Assembly: GCA_951406725.2 (NCBI GenBank) | Contig: OX597842.1 | Location: 22,134,001-22,198,000, forward strand | Direction of reading: 5' to 3' | Source of the DNA: Octopus vulgaris | Lineage: Eukaryota | DNA: 64,000 bases | In this document: positions 1-11,869 of the stretch, piece after piece | How the letters are laid out: the number at the start of each line of letters is the position of its first letter | How positions within the stretch are numbered: the first letter of the stretch is position 1 | Program-made: the position numbers and the translations under genes | Notes under the pieces: model-generated | Told to the model about the DNA's origin: nothing | What the model saw: only the letters and a program-made list of their open reading frames with translations | Databases searched by the model: none

Positions 1-120
1 TATTTTATGGTTATTTTAATNNNNNNNNNNNNNNNNNNNNNNNNNNNNNNNNNNNNNNNNNNNNNNNNNNNNNNNNNNNNNNNNNNNNNNNNNNNNNNNN
101 NNNNNNNNNNNNNNNNNNNN

Positions 121-778
121 AGCACTGTATACAATAATTTCATTATTATTATTATTTGAAAACTCCACCTATTTAACACTCGTGGACATATTTACAAAGT
201 CAGAAAACAGCACAGCTCCTTCCATGACTTCAGGAAACATTTTTTTCACGCTGAGAATTGCTGAAGCATGGAACAAACTGCCAGCATCAGTTGTTAGTTG
301 TCGGAGCACTGCATCCTTCAAAACTTCCATGCTTCCTGAGATTCACCAACACTACACCTGATCTTTCTCCCCTCATACACACGCAAGCATGTATCTGACT
401 CATACATTGTTCGCTTCCCAGACATTTGTACATTACTGTATATGCTTTATACGCACTTTTGACAAATTGTGGTGCATCTGAGCACTGTATACAATAATTT
501 CATTATTATTATTATTTGAAAACTCCACCTGTTTAACACTCGTGGACATATTTACAAAGTCAGAAAACAGCACAGCTCCCATGACTTTCGGAAACATTTT
601 TTTCACGCTGAGAATTGCTGAAGCATGGAACAAACTGCCAGCATCAGTTGTTAGTTGTCGGAGCACTGCATCCTTCAAAACTTCCATGCTTCCTGAGATT
701 CGCCAACACTACACCTGATCTTTCTCCCCTCCATACACACGCAAGCATGTATCTGACTCATACACTGTTCGCTTCCCG
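121..778 (+). mobile_element. Tandem 3' ends (~360-bp period) of a CR1/L2-like LINE
   Basis: Encodes FFTLRIAEAWNKLPASVVSCRSTASFK, typical of a CR1/L2 ORF2 C-terminus, followed by a 3' UTR and (ATT)n tail. Unit repeats at 121 and 481, next to the gap. Confidence 0.7.
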
Positions 779-943
779 TATGTTCTGGTGCATGACAAAT
801 TTGGCCCACCCTGTAATATCAGTAGTACCTTTTCTTATAAATGGTAATATCTGAGATGGGAAATAATATTCTGAAGGAATGGCTTTTTTTTTTTTTTTTC
901 CATTAAAAAAAAAAACCCAGAATAGTAAGCAATGTCGCCAAAG

Positions 944-1125
944 TATTGGGTTGGCAACTAAATTCCCACCATTTTTTTAAATTTTGAAATTTATTGTGTT
1001 TTTAAATTCTGGAATCTATTTTTTGGAAGAATTCTATTTTTGAATCATTTTGGAATCTATTTTGTTTTCTTTTCCAGATTAATCTTAGTTAATTTTTGTT
1101 TATTTTCAAATCATTAAAATGAAAT
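944..1125 (+). mobile_element. Mariner-like 5' end fragment fused to Helitron sequence
   Basis: TA-TTGGGTTGGCAACTAA resembles a mariner TIR; the sequence runs into Helitron family A at AAATTCAAATC. Confidence 0.4.
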
Positions 1126-1722
1126 TCAAATCGGACCATGTTAACACCAAAAATTATTTACATCAAAAAGGTGCTTTTTTTCTATGAAAATCCCTATTTT
1201 TTATGATTTTTTTAATGCTGTGTCGCCACTTTTCGGTGTATTTCAACCAGAAAAATGTTCACTTAAAGAGTATAACAAGCTACATAATGCAAAAATTTTT
1301 ACTTTTCCAAAATTCCAATTCTAAGGGGTCAAAACAAACCCGGGCACTACTGCTAGTAATCTCTCTATATATAAAGCTGAAGTTGTCTGTGTGTGGCAGG
1401 TTTGGTAGCCTTCAACTAACACAATCTCCTCCGAGACCCTGCGGTGCAAGTTGACCAAAATTGAGAGTATGATAGAAGAAGGCTTGCTCTTCCTTCCATC
1501 AAATTCAAATCAGACCATGTTAACACCAAAAATTATTTACATCAAAAAGGTGCTTTTTTTCTATGAAAATCCCTGTTTTTTACGATTTTTTGACTGCTTT
1601 GTCGCCATTTTTCGGTGTATTTCGACCAGAAAACTGTTCACTTAAAGAGAACAACAAGCTACATGATGCAAAATTTTTACTTTTCAAAAATTCCAATTCT
1701 AAAGGGTCGAAACAAACCCGAT
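1121..1722 (+). mobile_element. Two head-to-tail non-autonomous Helitrons (family A)
   Basis: First copy ends ...CCCGGGCACTACTGCTAG near 1356; the next starts TCTCTCTATATATAAAGCTGAAGTTG. Same family at 16151-16541 and 34470-35246. Confidence 0.7.
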
Positions 1723-2103
1723 GATCTAGCTGTATCTGAGACCGTGGGGAGCTTGTCCTCCTTGTCAACTCGTTAAGATAGTGCTTTTGTTGGCTATTGA
1801 GTTGTTTTGACTCTTATTTCTAGCAATACTGGTACTGATTAGTGCCTTATATATATACATATATACTTCGAAACGGAGTAGATGAAACAAAGGCGACTGA
1901 AGAAGGGGAATTTTCCTTGTTTTCTACTCTATTTTTTCGTTGTTTAAGAAAAATGTCCATTTCCTTGATTTTATGCTTATGTTTTAGTTTCTCATCGTGT
2001 TCGACGTTTTTTTTGGTGTCCTGTACCCATATATACATGTAGAGTTAGGTACGTACATATATGTAAGTATATATGCATATGTTTTATTTATTTATCAATT
2101 TAT

Positions 2104-2138
2104 TATATATATATACATATATATACATATATATATAC

Positions 2139-2179
<41 letters not shown>

Positions 2180-2238
2180 CATATATACATATATATACAT
2201 ATATATATACATATATATACATACATATATATATATAC

Positions 2239-2303
<65 letters not shown>

Positions 2304-2342
2304 CATATATATATACATATATATATATACATATATATATAC

Positions 2343-2390
<48 letters not shown>
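2104..2390. repeat. (TA)n/(TACA)n microsatellite
   Basis: Directly visible; source of the spurious IY-rich ORFs. Confidence 0.95.
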
Positions 2391-2392
<2 letters not shown>

Positions 2393-2790
2393 TTATATAT
2401 AAAACTGAAGTTGTGTGTCTGTCTGTCTCCTACGATTTAGATTCCTAACTACTCCCACATTTTGCGGTGCAGTTTAACCAAAACCGGGTATCTTATAGTC
2501 GTGATTCATATCGAGCCCTTCTGGGTGTTAGCGCGCGTCTACGATGAGTCTACAATTTTAAAAATAATTTACCATCATTTCTTTCCATTTTAATGCATTT
2601 TTTCGCTATTATATAAGGGAAGTAACTCTCTAAAAATGTCTTCGATGAGTCAGCGATTTATAAAAAAAATTTACCATCATTTTTTTCCATTTTTAATGCA
2701 TTTTTTTGCTATATTTTGGCTATAACTCTCTAAAAATGCTTTATAGTTATTTCCCTTACAAACCCGAGCAACGCCGGGCGATACTGCTAG
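2390..2790 (+). mobile_element. Non-autonomous Helitron (family B)
   Basis: 5' TC-TTTATATATAAAAC, 3' GC-rich hairpin CCCGAGCAACGCCGGG then CTAG, inserted between A and T, no TSD. Confidence 0.8.
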
Positions 2791-3014
2791 TATATATATA
2801 ATATACATTGTGCAAGCGATGTTATTATTGAACTAAGAAAGACAACTCTTGTTATGCCCTTCGCGTTGCGTTGAATTAATTATCTCGATAATTAAAGTCT
2901 GCATTGCTAATTAGACTGCTCTTGCTTTAAAATATAATATAATGTAATGTAAATTATTCAGCAATTTCGTCAAAGTAGTTATTTGATAATAGACGTCTGG
3001 AGATTAATGGTTTT

Positions 3015-3224
3015 ACAAGATGCCATTGGAAGCGGAAGTGACGTCAGAGGATAGTGAAAGTTTGTGGATCAAGAAATTGTCTTTTGGGCCGTTGGAGACG
3101 CGAGTTCGATCCTCCTCCTCGGTGGCCACCGAAACCTGAGTTTCTCTGCTTGTTTGAGTTGAGAACTACTGCTATACCCTTTCTTCGTCTCCTTTGTGAT
3201 CGCTCCAACACAACCCGGGTAAGT
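3015..3224 (+). promoter_or_regulatory. Probable promoter and non-coding exon 1 of the ZNF at 10218
   Basis: Overlapping ETS+CRE motif GCGGAAGTGACGTCA (3032-3046), locally CpG-rich, donor CGG|GTAAGT at 3218/3219; candidate acceptor TTTTCTTCTCTAATTTCAG near 8928. Confidence 0.55.
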
Positions 3225-3626
3225 CTGATATTTACGTAAAACAACGGCTAATTTCCTATTTGACGTTGTTTTTGGTTTCACTTTCATTTCGTTTCGATCA
3301 GCTTCTCTCGTAAACGCCCTTCTACTCCTTTTATTCTGAGTCTCAACGAAATACCTACAGATCAGCAGATAATCGATGACAGCCATTCAATCACGACGAT
3401 AGTTCGATCTTTCTCAGTTTCGGCGCCGTGGATTGTTGAAGAATTCTCAAATGTGCCCAGGGCGAAACTCAATTCAAGAATAAGTCGAACATTTCCCCTC
3501 ACTTCTTCTTACTCGCTGTTCGTATTGTGTTCCACTTATAATTATGAAATGTTTTATTGAAATATACTTCTTGGATCGATATGATTTTACGAACGTCAAA
3601 TAAGAAATTACCAAACAACGACCTCA

Positions 3627-4040
3627 TCTCTTATTATAAAAGGCAGATTTTATCTGCCTCCCTTTGGGAGTTATACAAATCTACAATATAGGATTTCTTC
3701 AATTACAATTTACCTAGCATTTTTAAGAGTACAATGCATCGCGTCATGCCAGGTCCAGGTTTTTAAAATTTAAACTCCAATTAAGCAAAATTTACAGAAA
3801 ACTCACATTCTGGTGTGTGTGTCAAATGCTTTTCTTAGTCTGGTTTACACCACACGCAAACGCACACACACAGTGTGCGACGAATAAAATGAAAGTAAAT
3901 GTAATATTTGTTTCTGTCTATCACGCTGATAGATACATGAGTAAAATGTATGGGAAGCTAACAGATAACAGTGAGTGAAAATGTTCTTGGAAGAGAGTAA
4001 ATTAGCGACAGAGTGATTTGAGGAAGACTAAACTGAAAGT
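3627..4040 (+). mobile_element. Helitron-like element 5' part (family C)
   Basis: Starts TCTCTTATTATAAAAGGCAGATTTTATCTGCC; copies at 6411-6890 (+) and 17770-18107 (-). Confidence 0.55.
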
Positions 4041-4465
4041 ATGAAACAGTGTTTATGTATAAACAGACGACACTTATATAAACCCTTTCGTTACCAAACC
4101 GCCCGAATTTACCTATTCATATTTAAATGAGAATATCAGAGTAAATCTCTTTAGTACATTCGTGAAAACACGTATTATACTTCGTAAACACTTCAAATAC
4201 AGTTTTTTACAAAAATCGAAGTGTAATTTTAATTCCGTGAATTATGGGACATTTTTTTCCGAAATTTGTTTTTGTGTGTTTCTTAAATGGCTTATAAACA
4301 CCTTCAACGCTGCAACTGTTTTCGTTCCAGCACACGATCTCAGATCAAGTCACTTGCTATGCAAGTACATCTCTGTAACTATATATATATATATATGTAT
4401 ATTGGTAAAAACAGTAAGATAACAAAAGAAAGAAAGAGACCTCAATATTATGTAAATAGAGGAAA

Positions 4466-4745
4466 TCTTTATATATAAAAGTGAGGTTGTGTGCCTGTCT
4501 CCTACGATTTAGATTCCTAACTACTCCCACATTTTGCGGTGCAGTTTAACCAAAACCGGGTATCTTATAGTCGTGATTCATATCGAGACCGTCTGGGTAT
4601 TAGCGCGCGTCTACGATGAGTCTACGATTTAAAAAAAAATTTACCATCAATTTTTTCCCATTTTTAATCCATTTTTGACATATATAAGGCGAGACAGAGT
4701 GATTTGAAGAAGACTTTACATTAAATAACCGTAGTGGCTTCTGTT
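4466..4745 (+). mobile_element. Truncated Helitron family B joined to a family C fragment
   Basis: TCTTTATATATAAAAGTGAGGTTGTGTG start; body matches 2390-2790, then switches to family C sequence near 4690. Confidence 0.6.
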
Positions 4746-4759
4746 AGTAATAAAGTAAA

Positions 4760-5325
4760 CATACACTCATACATACATACATACATACATACATACATAC
4801 ATACATACATACATACATACATACACACACACACATACACACACACATACATACATACACACACACATACATACATACACACATACATACATACACACAT
4901 ACATACATACATACATATACATACATACATATACATACATACATACACACACACACACATACATACACACACACATACATACATATATACATACATACAT
5001 ACATATACATACATACATATACATACATACATATACATACATACATACACACATACACACACACAGTATTGAAGCTTGAGAACAATCAGATACATTTGCA
5101 ACACATCTGTTGAAAATATTATTGTTCACACTCATACATATACATATATACATACAGACAGACAGACAGATAGACACACACACACACACACACACATGAT
5201 CCAGCATGGCCACAACCTCAAGGCTGAAACATATAAAAGAATAACAGAATATAAATGTGTGCATGTGTGTGAGAGAGAGAGTGTGTGTGTATATGTATGT
5301 ATGTATGTATGTATGTATATATATA
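4760..5325. repeat. Compound (CATA)n/(CA)n/(TG)n microsatellites
   Basis: Directly visible. Confidence 0.95.
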
Positions 5326-5469
5326 TAATAATGCGGTTTTTTCAACAGCTTGAACTAAAAGTCAGAGGGGAATGGGATAAACTACTTATATTAACTTGCT
5401 ATAAAAGCAGGTAGTAATTTTATCTTGTCCTTATTCATAGTGCAAGTTTTGAAGAGTGCATTTCGATTT

Positions 5470-5760
5470 TAACAGCTATTTTTTTCAAAGCTATATTGGA
5501 ACAGCCTAGAAGACGAGCCTCATCCTGAAAGATCTGTAGAACTCGACAAGGACATCCTGAAAACCCTGGTGGAACAAAATCTCATCGTAACTGTTGAGGA
5601 ACTAGCAGAGAAGCTTGGATTTGGTCATTCAACCATTCATTGAGACCTGTGTGCTATCGGAAAAGTCAGCAAATTGGGTCAATGGGTTCCTCACGAACTT
5701 TCCGAGTCTAATTGCATGTAGAGAGTGAATGTATGCTTTTCTTTGCTGTCACATCTCACC
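5470..5760 (+). pseudogene. Mariner transposase relic (HTH to WVPHEL region)
   Basis: Translates SLEDEPH...ILKTLVEQN...ELAEKLGFGHSTIH*...KLGQWVPHEL with in-frame stops. Confidence 0.85.
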
Positions 5761-5778
5761 ACTACTGCGCTATGTATA

Positions 5779-6313
5779 TCTATATATATAAAGCTGTAGT
5801 TGTGTGAGTGTCTGTCCCCTTCGATTTAGATTCCTAACTACTCCCACATTTTGCGGTGCAGTTTAACCAAATTCGGGTAGCTTATAGTCGTGATTCATAT
5901 CGAGCCCGTCTGAGTATTAGCGCGCGTCTACGATGAGTCTACGATTTTAAAAATAATTTAACATCATTTTTTATTCCATTTTAATGCATAATTTTTCGTG
6001 TGTCGATGGCGGCGGAGTTGGCGTCCACGCTCACACCTGCACCTGTGGGGAAGGGAGTGTAAGGAAATCAACGTCGTAATGCGTTGTCAAGGAGACCAGC
6101 GTTCTTTTAGAACAACGACTTCATGGCTTGAAGACACCAAAACAGAAATGGCTAAGAAAGCGTCTACATGAGTCTACGATTTAAAAAAAAATTTACCATC
6201 GTTTTTTTTCCATTTTAATGCATTTTTTCGCTATTTTTTGGCTATAACTCTCTAAAAATGCTTATATAGTTATTTCCCTTACAAACCCGAGCAACGCCGG
6301 GCGATACTGCTAG
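5779..6313 (+). mobile_element. Helitron family B with an extra GC-rich internal segment
   Basis: TC start and hairpin+CTAG end; segment ~5995-6160 is absent from the copies at 2390 and 55724. Confidence 0.75.
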
Positions 6314-6410
6314 TCACATATAAAACAGAAGTGACCACATACAAACGATGTGCTGGACTCACAGAATATCGGCAAAATTCCTCAGTTATGATGTTTTCTT
6401 GTTTATAAAA

Positions 6411-6890
6411 TCTCTTATTATAAAAGGCAGATTTTATCTGCCTTCCTTTGTCTCTTATAGAAATCTACAATATAGGATTTCTTCAATTACAATTTACCTA
6501 GCATTTTTAAGAGTAGAATGCATCGGGTTTTGCCAGGTCCGGTTTTTAAAATTTCAACCCCAATTAAGCAAAATTTAGAGAAAATTCACATTGTGGTGTA
6601 TATGTCAAATGCTTTTCTTAGTTTGGGTTACAGCACACGCAAACGCACACACACAGTGTGCAACGAATAAAGTGAAAGTAATTCACTGTGTGTTGACAGG
6701 TAGACAATAGAATGCGATGGCGATGGCGATGTAATATTTGTTTCTGTCTATGACGCTGATAGATACATGAGTAAAATGTATGGGAAGCTAAGAGATAAGA
6801 GTGAGTGAAAATGTTCTTGGAAGAGAGTAAATAGCGAGAGAGTGATTTGAGGAAGACTTTACATTAAATAACCGTAGTGGCCTGTCAAAT
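6411..6890 (+). mobile_element. Helitron-like family C copy
   Basis: Very similar to 3627-4040. Confidence 0.55.
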
Positions 6891-7204
6891 GAAGAGGAGT
6901 GACAGGGTACTGGAGGAAATAGGGTGAGTGAGGAAGATGGCCCCTAGCAACCACACCTTTTAAGATAGGGATTTCTAAGGTAGCCCACGAGCATCGTCAC
7001 CTCATTCTACATGTCCCTGTAAATTTTGGAGCGAATCGGACGGGATAAAGTTATCTCTAAGAAACAGAAAGATCGCCCAAAAGTGTATATAGATATTTAA
7101 ATGTATTTATATATTCATCTATACACACATGTATGTATAATGTGCGTGTATATATTTCCATAGAGGTAACCATTCAATCCATACAAAGTTTTTTAGGACG
7201 AAAA

Positions 7205-8050
7205 TATTTATATATAAAAGAAAGGTTGTGTGTCTGTCTACTCCGATTTAGATTCCTAACTACTCCCACATTTTGCGATGCAGTTTAACCAAAACCGGGT
7301 ATCTTATAGTCGTGATTCATATCGAGCCCTTCTGGGTATTAGCGCGCGTCTACGATGAGCCTATGATTTTACAAATAATTTACCATCATTTTTTTCCATT
7401 TTAATGCATATTTTTTTAATAAAGGGAAGTAACTCTCAAACTTCACACCAATATGCGTGCTCATATGCGACGTAATATCACATCAGCAGCATTTCCTCAC
7501 ACCCTCCTTGCACTTGGCGAAGGCAAAATACCAGGGGATGAAAATGGTAATATTGCCATTGATTCCATTTGTAACGTTGTTAAGACGCCTTCTGATCTCA
7601 GAGATGCAGTGTTCCCAGATCTACAAGCTAATTATCAGAATATGGATTGGATTGGCAAAAAGGCTATACTGGCCCCGAGGAATAAAACTGTTCACCATAT
7701 TAATGATGAAATGCTAAAACTCATTCCTGGGGAAGTCTATGTATATCAGTCTATCGATACAACTCCTGACCCAGAGGACGTCATCAACTATCCAATAGAG
7801 GTACTCAATTCCTTTGAGCACCCCGGACTACCACCACACTTTCTCAAACTTAAAGTTGCTGCCCCTATAATGCTCATCAGAAATTTGGTTCCCCCAAAAC
7901 AATGCAATGGCACACGTTTGATCGTTAAGTCCTTATCTCCCACCGTAAACTTATATCAATATTTGCCTGAATAATCATCATAATTCAGTGCAATCATTAA
8001 CAGTACTTTCAAGCAATTCAGCCCCGAGCAACGCCGGGCAATTCTGCTAG
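7205..8050 (+). mobile_element. Internally deleted Helitron carrying a PIF1-family helicase fragment (ORF 7453-7974)
   Basis: Family B 5' end; ORF has RepHel helicase motifs AILAPRN, GLPPHxLKLK, PIMLIRNL and CNGTRLIV; ends with GCCCCGAGCAACGCCGGGC hairpin and CTAG. Confidence 0.9.
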
Positions 8051-8198
8051 TATAATATAAAACGGTCATTCAGTCAATTTAATTAGTTTGCTTTGTAATC
8101 GCATTGACACAACCGAGAAGAGTAAGTCAAGAAATGTTGTCTGATGTTTACGTAAAACGACCTCAGATACAAAACAGAAACATGCTGGGCGATCCTTC

Positions 8199-8424
8199 GG
8201 TATATGTCCCGTAAGTAGCAGAAGTAGCTTTGTTGTTACGTTCTGAGTTCAAATTCCGCCGAGGTCGACTTTGCCTTTCATCCTTTTGGGGTCGATAAAT
8301 TAAGTACCAGTTACACACTGGGGTCGATGTAATCGACTTAATACCTATGTCTGTCCTTGTTTGTCCCCTCTGTGTTTAGCCCCTTGTGGGTAGTAAGGAA
8401 ATAGGTATATGTCCCGTAAGTAGC
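8199..8424 (+). mobile_element. 5'-truncated tRNA-SINE (family S1) with ~21-bp TSD
   Basis: GGTATATGTCCCGTAAGTAGC at 8199 and 8404; B-box-like GAGTTCAAATTC. Confidence 0.8.
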
Positions 8425-8986
8425 TTTGTTTACATTTCTGAAGATAACAGAAACCCTTTTCTCCTAACCCTAACCCCCCATATATATACATAAAAAAAAA
8501 CAACACTTTCTTGAAATGTATCCGGTACTTCCGGGTCGTATACCGAAGATACGCCACATGCTGGACTTCGTATTCCCAAGATCCTTCAAACATTCCTCAT
8601 GTACATCGCACCTATTACTCCCTTTCATCATCAGAGATGCCCATATTGTCAGCCACTAACAATATTTCTGCTTCAGCAGCTCAGCAATGAATCTGGAGGT
8701 CAAGGGTCAAGATAGAGGGGGCGAGGCTTCTATGATAAAATGTGTTGGCTGGAGGGTAGGAGAGAAACTATGATGACTAAAAATTGTGATGGGTACAGGG
8801 GTGAATGCAGTGCATGGAATGAAAGTAGGGAGGAAGAGCAGAAAAGATGATGACTAGATGTTTTACAGCTACTTTCCATACATCCCTCATGTCTTACAAT
8901 GTTTTGTTTTTTCTTCTCTAATTTCAGGTTATTGGTAACATTGGCACCGAAGAATGTTTTTTACATCACCAATATTTAATCATCTT

Positions 8987-9213
8987 TTAACCCTTTAGCG
9001 TTCAGATTATTCTATCAAACATAATACCTATTGATTCCCATTGATTTGAATTAATCGTGCATTATCTCATATCTTCAAGATCTTGATGGTGTAATTACTT
9101 AATGTAGAATAGCATTGTAGGGTAGGTGTGAGAGCCTGGATCTGGTCAGTTTGAACATAAAACAGATTAACTATTTTGGCCGGATATGGTCGGTTTAAAT
9201 ACTAAAGGGTTAA
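8987..9213. mobile_element. piggyBac-type MITE
   Basis: TTAA-CCCTTTAG...CTAAAGGG-TTAA termini. Confidence 0.75.
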
Positions 9214-9234
9214 AGACTAAAAGAAGATATACAC

Positions 9235-9795
9235 CAGTGGTTTTCAACCCTTTTTTTTTTCTTCTTATGGGTGCCTTTGATGACTATTCTTTTCTGGTGA
9301 ACCAATATAGCCATTTGATGTTTAGAAACCACTTTTGTAGTTCCTTCCTTCAAAATCCCTATTTTGTTCCTCACCCATCAACTTGTGTAGGTTGAACCAT
9401 GTAAAACGTTAGAGAAAGAAACTTAACTGTTTCTTGCCATAAATACATTTAAGAAATTTTTTTTTTTCATGAATCCTTAAAATACTACCATAGATCCCCA
9501 ATTTACTGTTTTGCTTGTGTAGGCTCCCTTTGATTTCTATTCTATTCTGGTGGACCCCTATAGCCATTTATTGTTTAAAAACTTGTTTTCTAGAAAACTT
9601 CTTTCAAAATTCCTGTTTTGTTTCCCACACACGAACTTGTGTAGATTGAACTCTGTAAAACTTTTTTTCTTACAATAAATACATCTGAAGAAATATTTTT
9701 TCACGGACCCTTAAGTTACCACTGGATCCCTAATTTACTATATTGCTTGCGTGGATCCCTAAAAGTCTTACAAGAACCCCTGTTGAGAACCACCA
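9235..9795. mobile_element. hAT-like MITE with an internal ~260-bp duplication
   Basis: CAGTGGTTTTCAAC...GTTGAGAACCAC termini; two similar internal blocks. Confidence 0.6.
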
Positions 9796-9941
9796 ATATA
9801 CACAGAACATATATAACACTGTTTTGAGATTATTAGCAACGTTTCTCTACTTCACTGCTTGGAATGATCACAAGATGATTTTTTTTGCCTTCTCATTAAA
9901 TTTGCATTATAAAGGAGTTTGCCAAATGTTCAGATAGAATA

Positions 9942-10120
9942 TCATCATCATCATCATCATCGTTTAACGTCCGCTTTCCATGCTAGCATGGGTTGGACGA
10001 TTTGACTGAGGGCTGGTGAACCAGATAGCTGCACCAAGCTTCAATCTTGATCTGGCAGAGTTTCTACAGCTGGATGCCCTTCCTAATGCCAACCACTCCG
10101 AGAGTGTAGTGGGTGCTTTT
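9942..10120 (-). mobile_element. RTE-related short retroposon with (GAT)n tail
   Basis: Same family at 16640, 23710, 32555, 44258, 44690-45163, 53258 and 55500. Confidence 0.65.
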
Positions 10121-10217
10121 GTGATGAAAGTATAGTAACAGAAATATATTTATTCATTGGCTGTCAACTATAAAATAAAGAGAGAAATAAGCATTTGTAA
10201 ATTGTGGTCAAGAAGTA

Positions 10218-11072
10218 ATGATTATGGAAAATGAATTGTGTGAGAAGAAAGGTGAATTTGATACACAATCTAAAAAGATCGACTCTCCTGGTGGTATAAG
10301 GAAAGGAAGAAGTCAAATATACCAGTGTGATATCTGTGAGAAGATATTTTCTCAAAAGTGCAACCTCACGATACACAGACGTACTCATACAGGAGACAAA
10401 CCATATCACTGTGAGATGTGTGGTAACTCGTTCTCTCACAAGGGTAACTTAACATCTTACAAACGTATTCATACTGGAGAAAAGCCATATCAGTGTGATA
10501 TCTGTGGTAAATCCTTCTCTCAAAAAGGTCACCTAATCACTCACCAGCTCATTCATACAGACGAAAAACCATATCACTGTGGTATCTGTGGTAAATTCTA
10601 TTCTCGTGAAATTACCTTAATAAGACACAACCGTATTCACACAGGAGAGAAACCATATCATTGTGATGTCTGTGGTAAATCCTCCTCACAAAAAGGCCAC
10701 CTACTTACTCACCAGCGGATTCACACAGAAGGAAAACCATTTCACTGTGACATCTGTGGTAAATCATTCTCTCGTGAAATTAACTTGACTCGGCACAAAC
10801 ATGTTCACACAGGAGAAAAACCATTTCAGTGTGATGTCTGTGGTAAATCCTTCTCTGAATGTGGTGTGTTAACTTTACATGTACGTAGTCATACGGGAGA
10901 GAAACCATATCGCTGTGATACCTGTGGAAAGTCATTCTCTGGAGCAAGTACCTTAACAAAACACAAACTCACTCACACAGGAGAGAAACCGTTTCTCTGT
11001 TACATCTGTGGTAAATCCTTCTCTCAAAAGATTCACTTAACAACACATGTAGGTGTTCATTCAGAAAAGTAA
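10218..11072 (+). CDS. C2H2 zinc-finger protein, 9 fingers (finger 2 has H>Y), MENEL subfamily
   Basis: Tandem C-x2-C-x12-H-x3-H units with TGEKP(Y/F) linkers; the start could be the second ATG at 10224. Confidence 0.9.
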   Translation: MIMENELCEKKGEFDTQSKKIDSPGGIRKGRSQIYQCDICEKIFSQKCNLTIHRRTHTGDKPYHCEMCGNSFSHKGNLTSYKRIHTGEKPYQCDICGKSFSQKGHLITHQLIHTDEKPYHCGICGKFYSREITLIRHNRIHTGEKPYHCDVCGKSSSQKGHLLTHQRIHTEGKPFHCDICGKSFSREINLTRHKHVHTGEKPFQCDVCGKSFSECGVLTLHVRSHTGEKPYRCDTCGKSFSGASTLTKHKLTHTGEKPFLCYICGKSFSQKIHLTTHVGVHSEK

Positions 11073-11144
11073 CTGTATCAATGTTAAAAATAAATTCGTA
11101 TTAAATAAAGTCTTCCATGTTTGTCATTCAAACTCTCTCTTTCT

Positions 11145-11515
11145 CTCTTTTACTTGTTTCACTCATTTGACTGCGGCCATGCTGGAGCACCGTCTTTGGT
11201 CGAGCAACTCGACCCCGGGACTTATTCTTATATAAGCCCAGTACTTATTCTATCGGTCTCTTTTGCCGAACCGCTAAGTGACGGGGACGTAAACACACCA
11301 GCATCGATTGTCAAGCAATGCTAGGGGGACAAACACATACATATATATATACACATATAAACGACAGGCTTCTTTCAGTTTCCGTCTACCAAATCCACTC
11401 ACAAGGCATTGGCGGCCCGGGGCTAGAGCAGAAGACACTTGCCCAAGATGCCACACAGTGGGACTGAACCCGGAGCCATGTGGTTGGTTAGCAAGCTACT
11501 TACCACACAGCCACT
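11145..11515 (-). mobile_element. Full-length tRNA-derived SINE (family S2) with internal microsatellite
   Basis: A/B-box head GGCTGTGTGGTAAG...GGTTCAGTCCC and tail ACAAGTAAAAGAG; further copies near 21000, 51500, 54960, 62120, 62780 and 63530. Confidence 0.8.
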
Positions 11516-11869
11516 TATATTCCATTTTTGCTGGTGTTTACAATGTACTTAATTTTATGATAAAATGTATTAAAACCTTTTCCTGTGTCTAATGCTGCCA
11601 TATTAAGGATAAGTGGCAGAGTGTGGTTGGTGGAGGAGCTGGATGAATGTCTGTCTGTTTGTCACAGTAATCAGTACTAAAAATAAAATATTGGTTTCAA
11701 ATTTGGCACAAGGCCAGCAATTTCGACCCCAGTACTCAATTGGTACATATTTTATTGACCCCAAAACGATGAAAGGAAAAGTCAACCTCAACAGAATTTG
11801 AACTCAGAACATAAAGGACGGAGAGATGGACAAAGTGCTGCTAAGTATTTAGCCTAGCGTGCTAACAAT

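Noticed and set aside
121-778. Tandem LINE tails as a biological duplication
   Set aside because: Adjacent to an assembly gap, so an overlap or haplotype artefact cannot be excluded.
1830-1925. Hammerhead-like CTGATTA...GAAAC and CTGAAGA motifs (also 50308-50340)
   Set aside because: Core mismatched or GAAA missing, and no convincing stem I or III.
1997-2440. IY/HT/VCM-rich ORFs (also 4721-5414, 17142-17568 and others)
   Set aside because: Translations of microsatellites.
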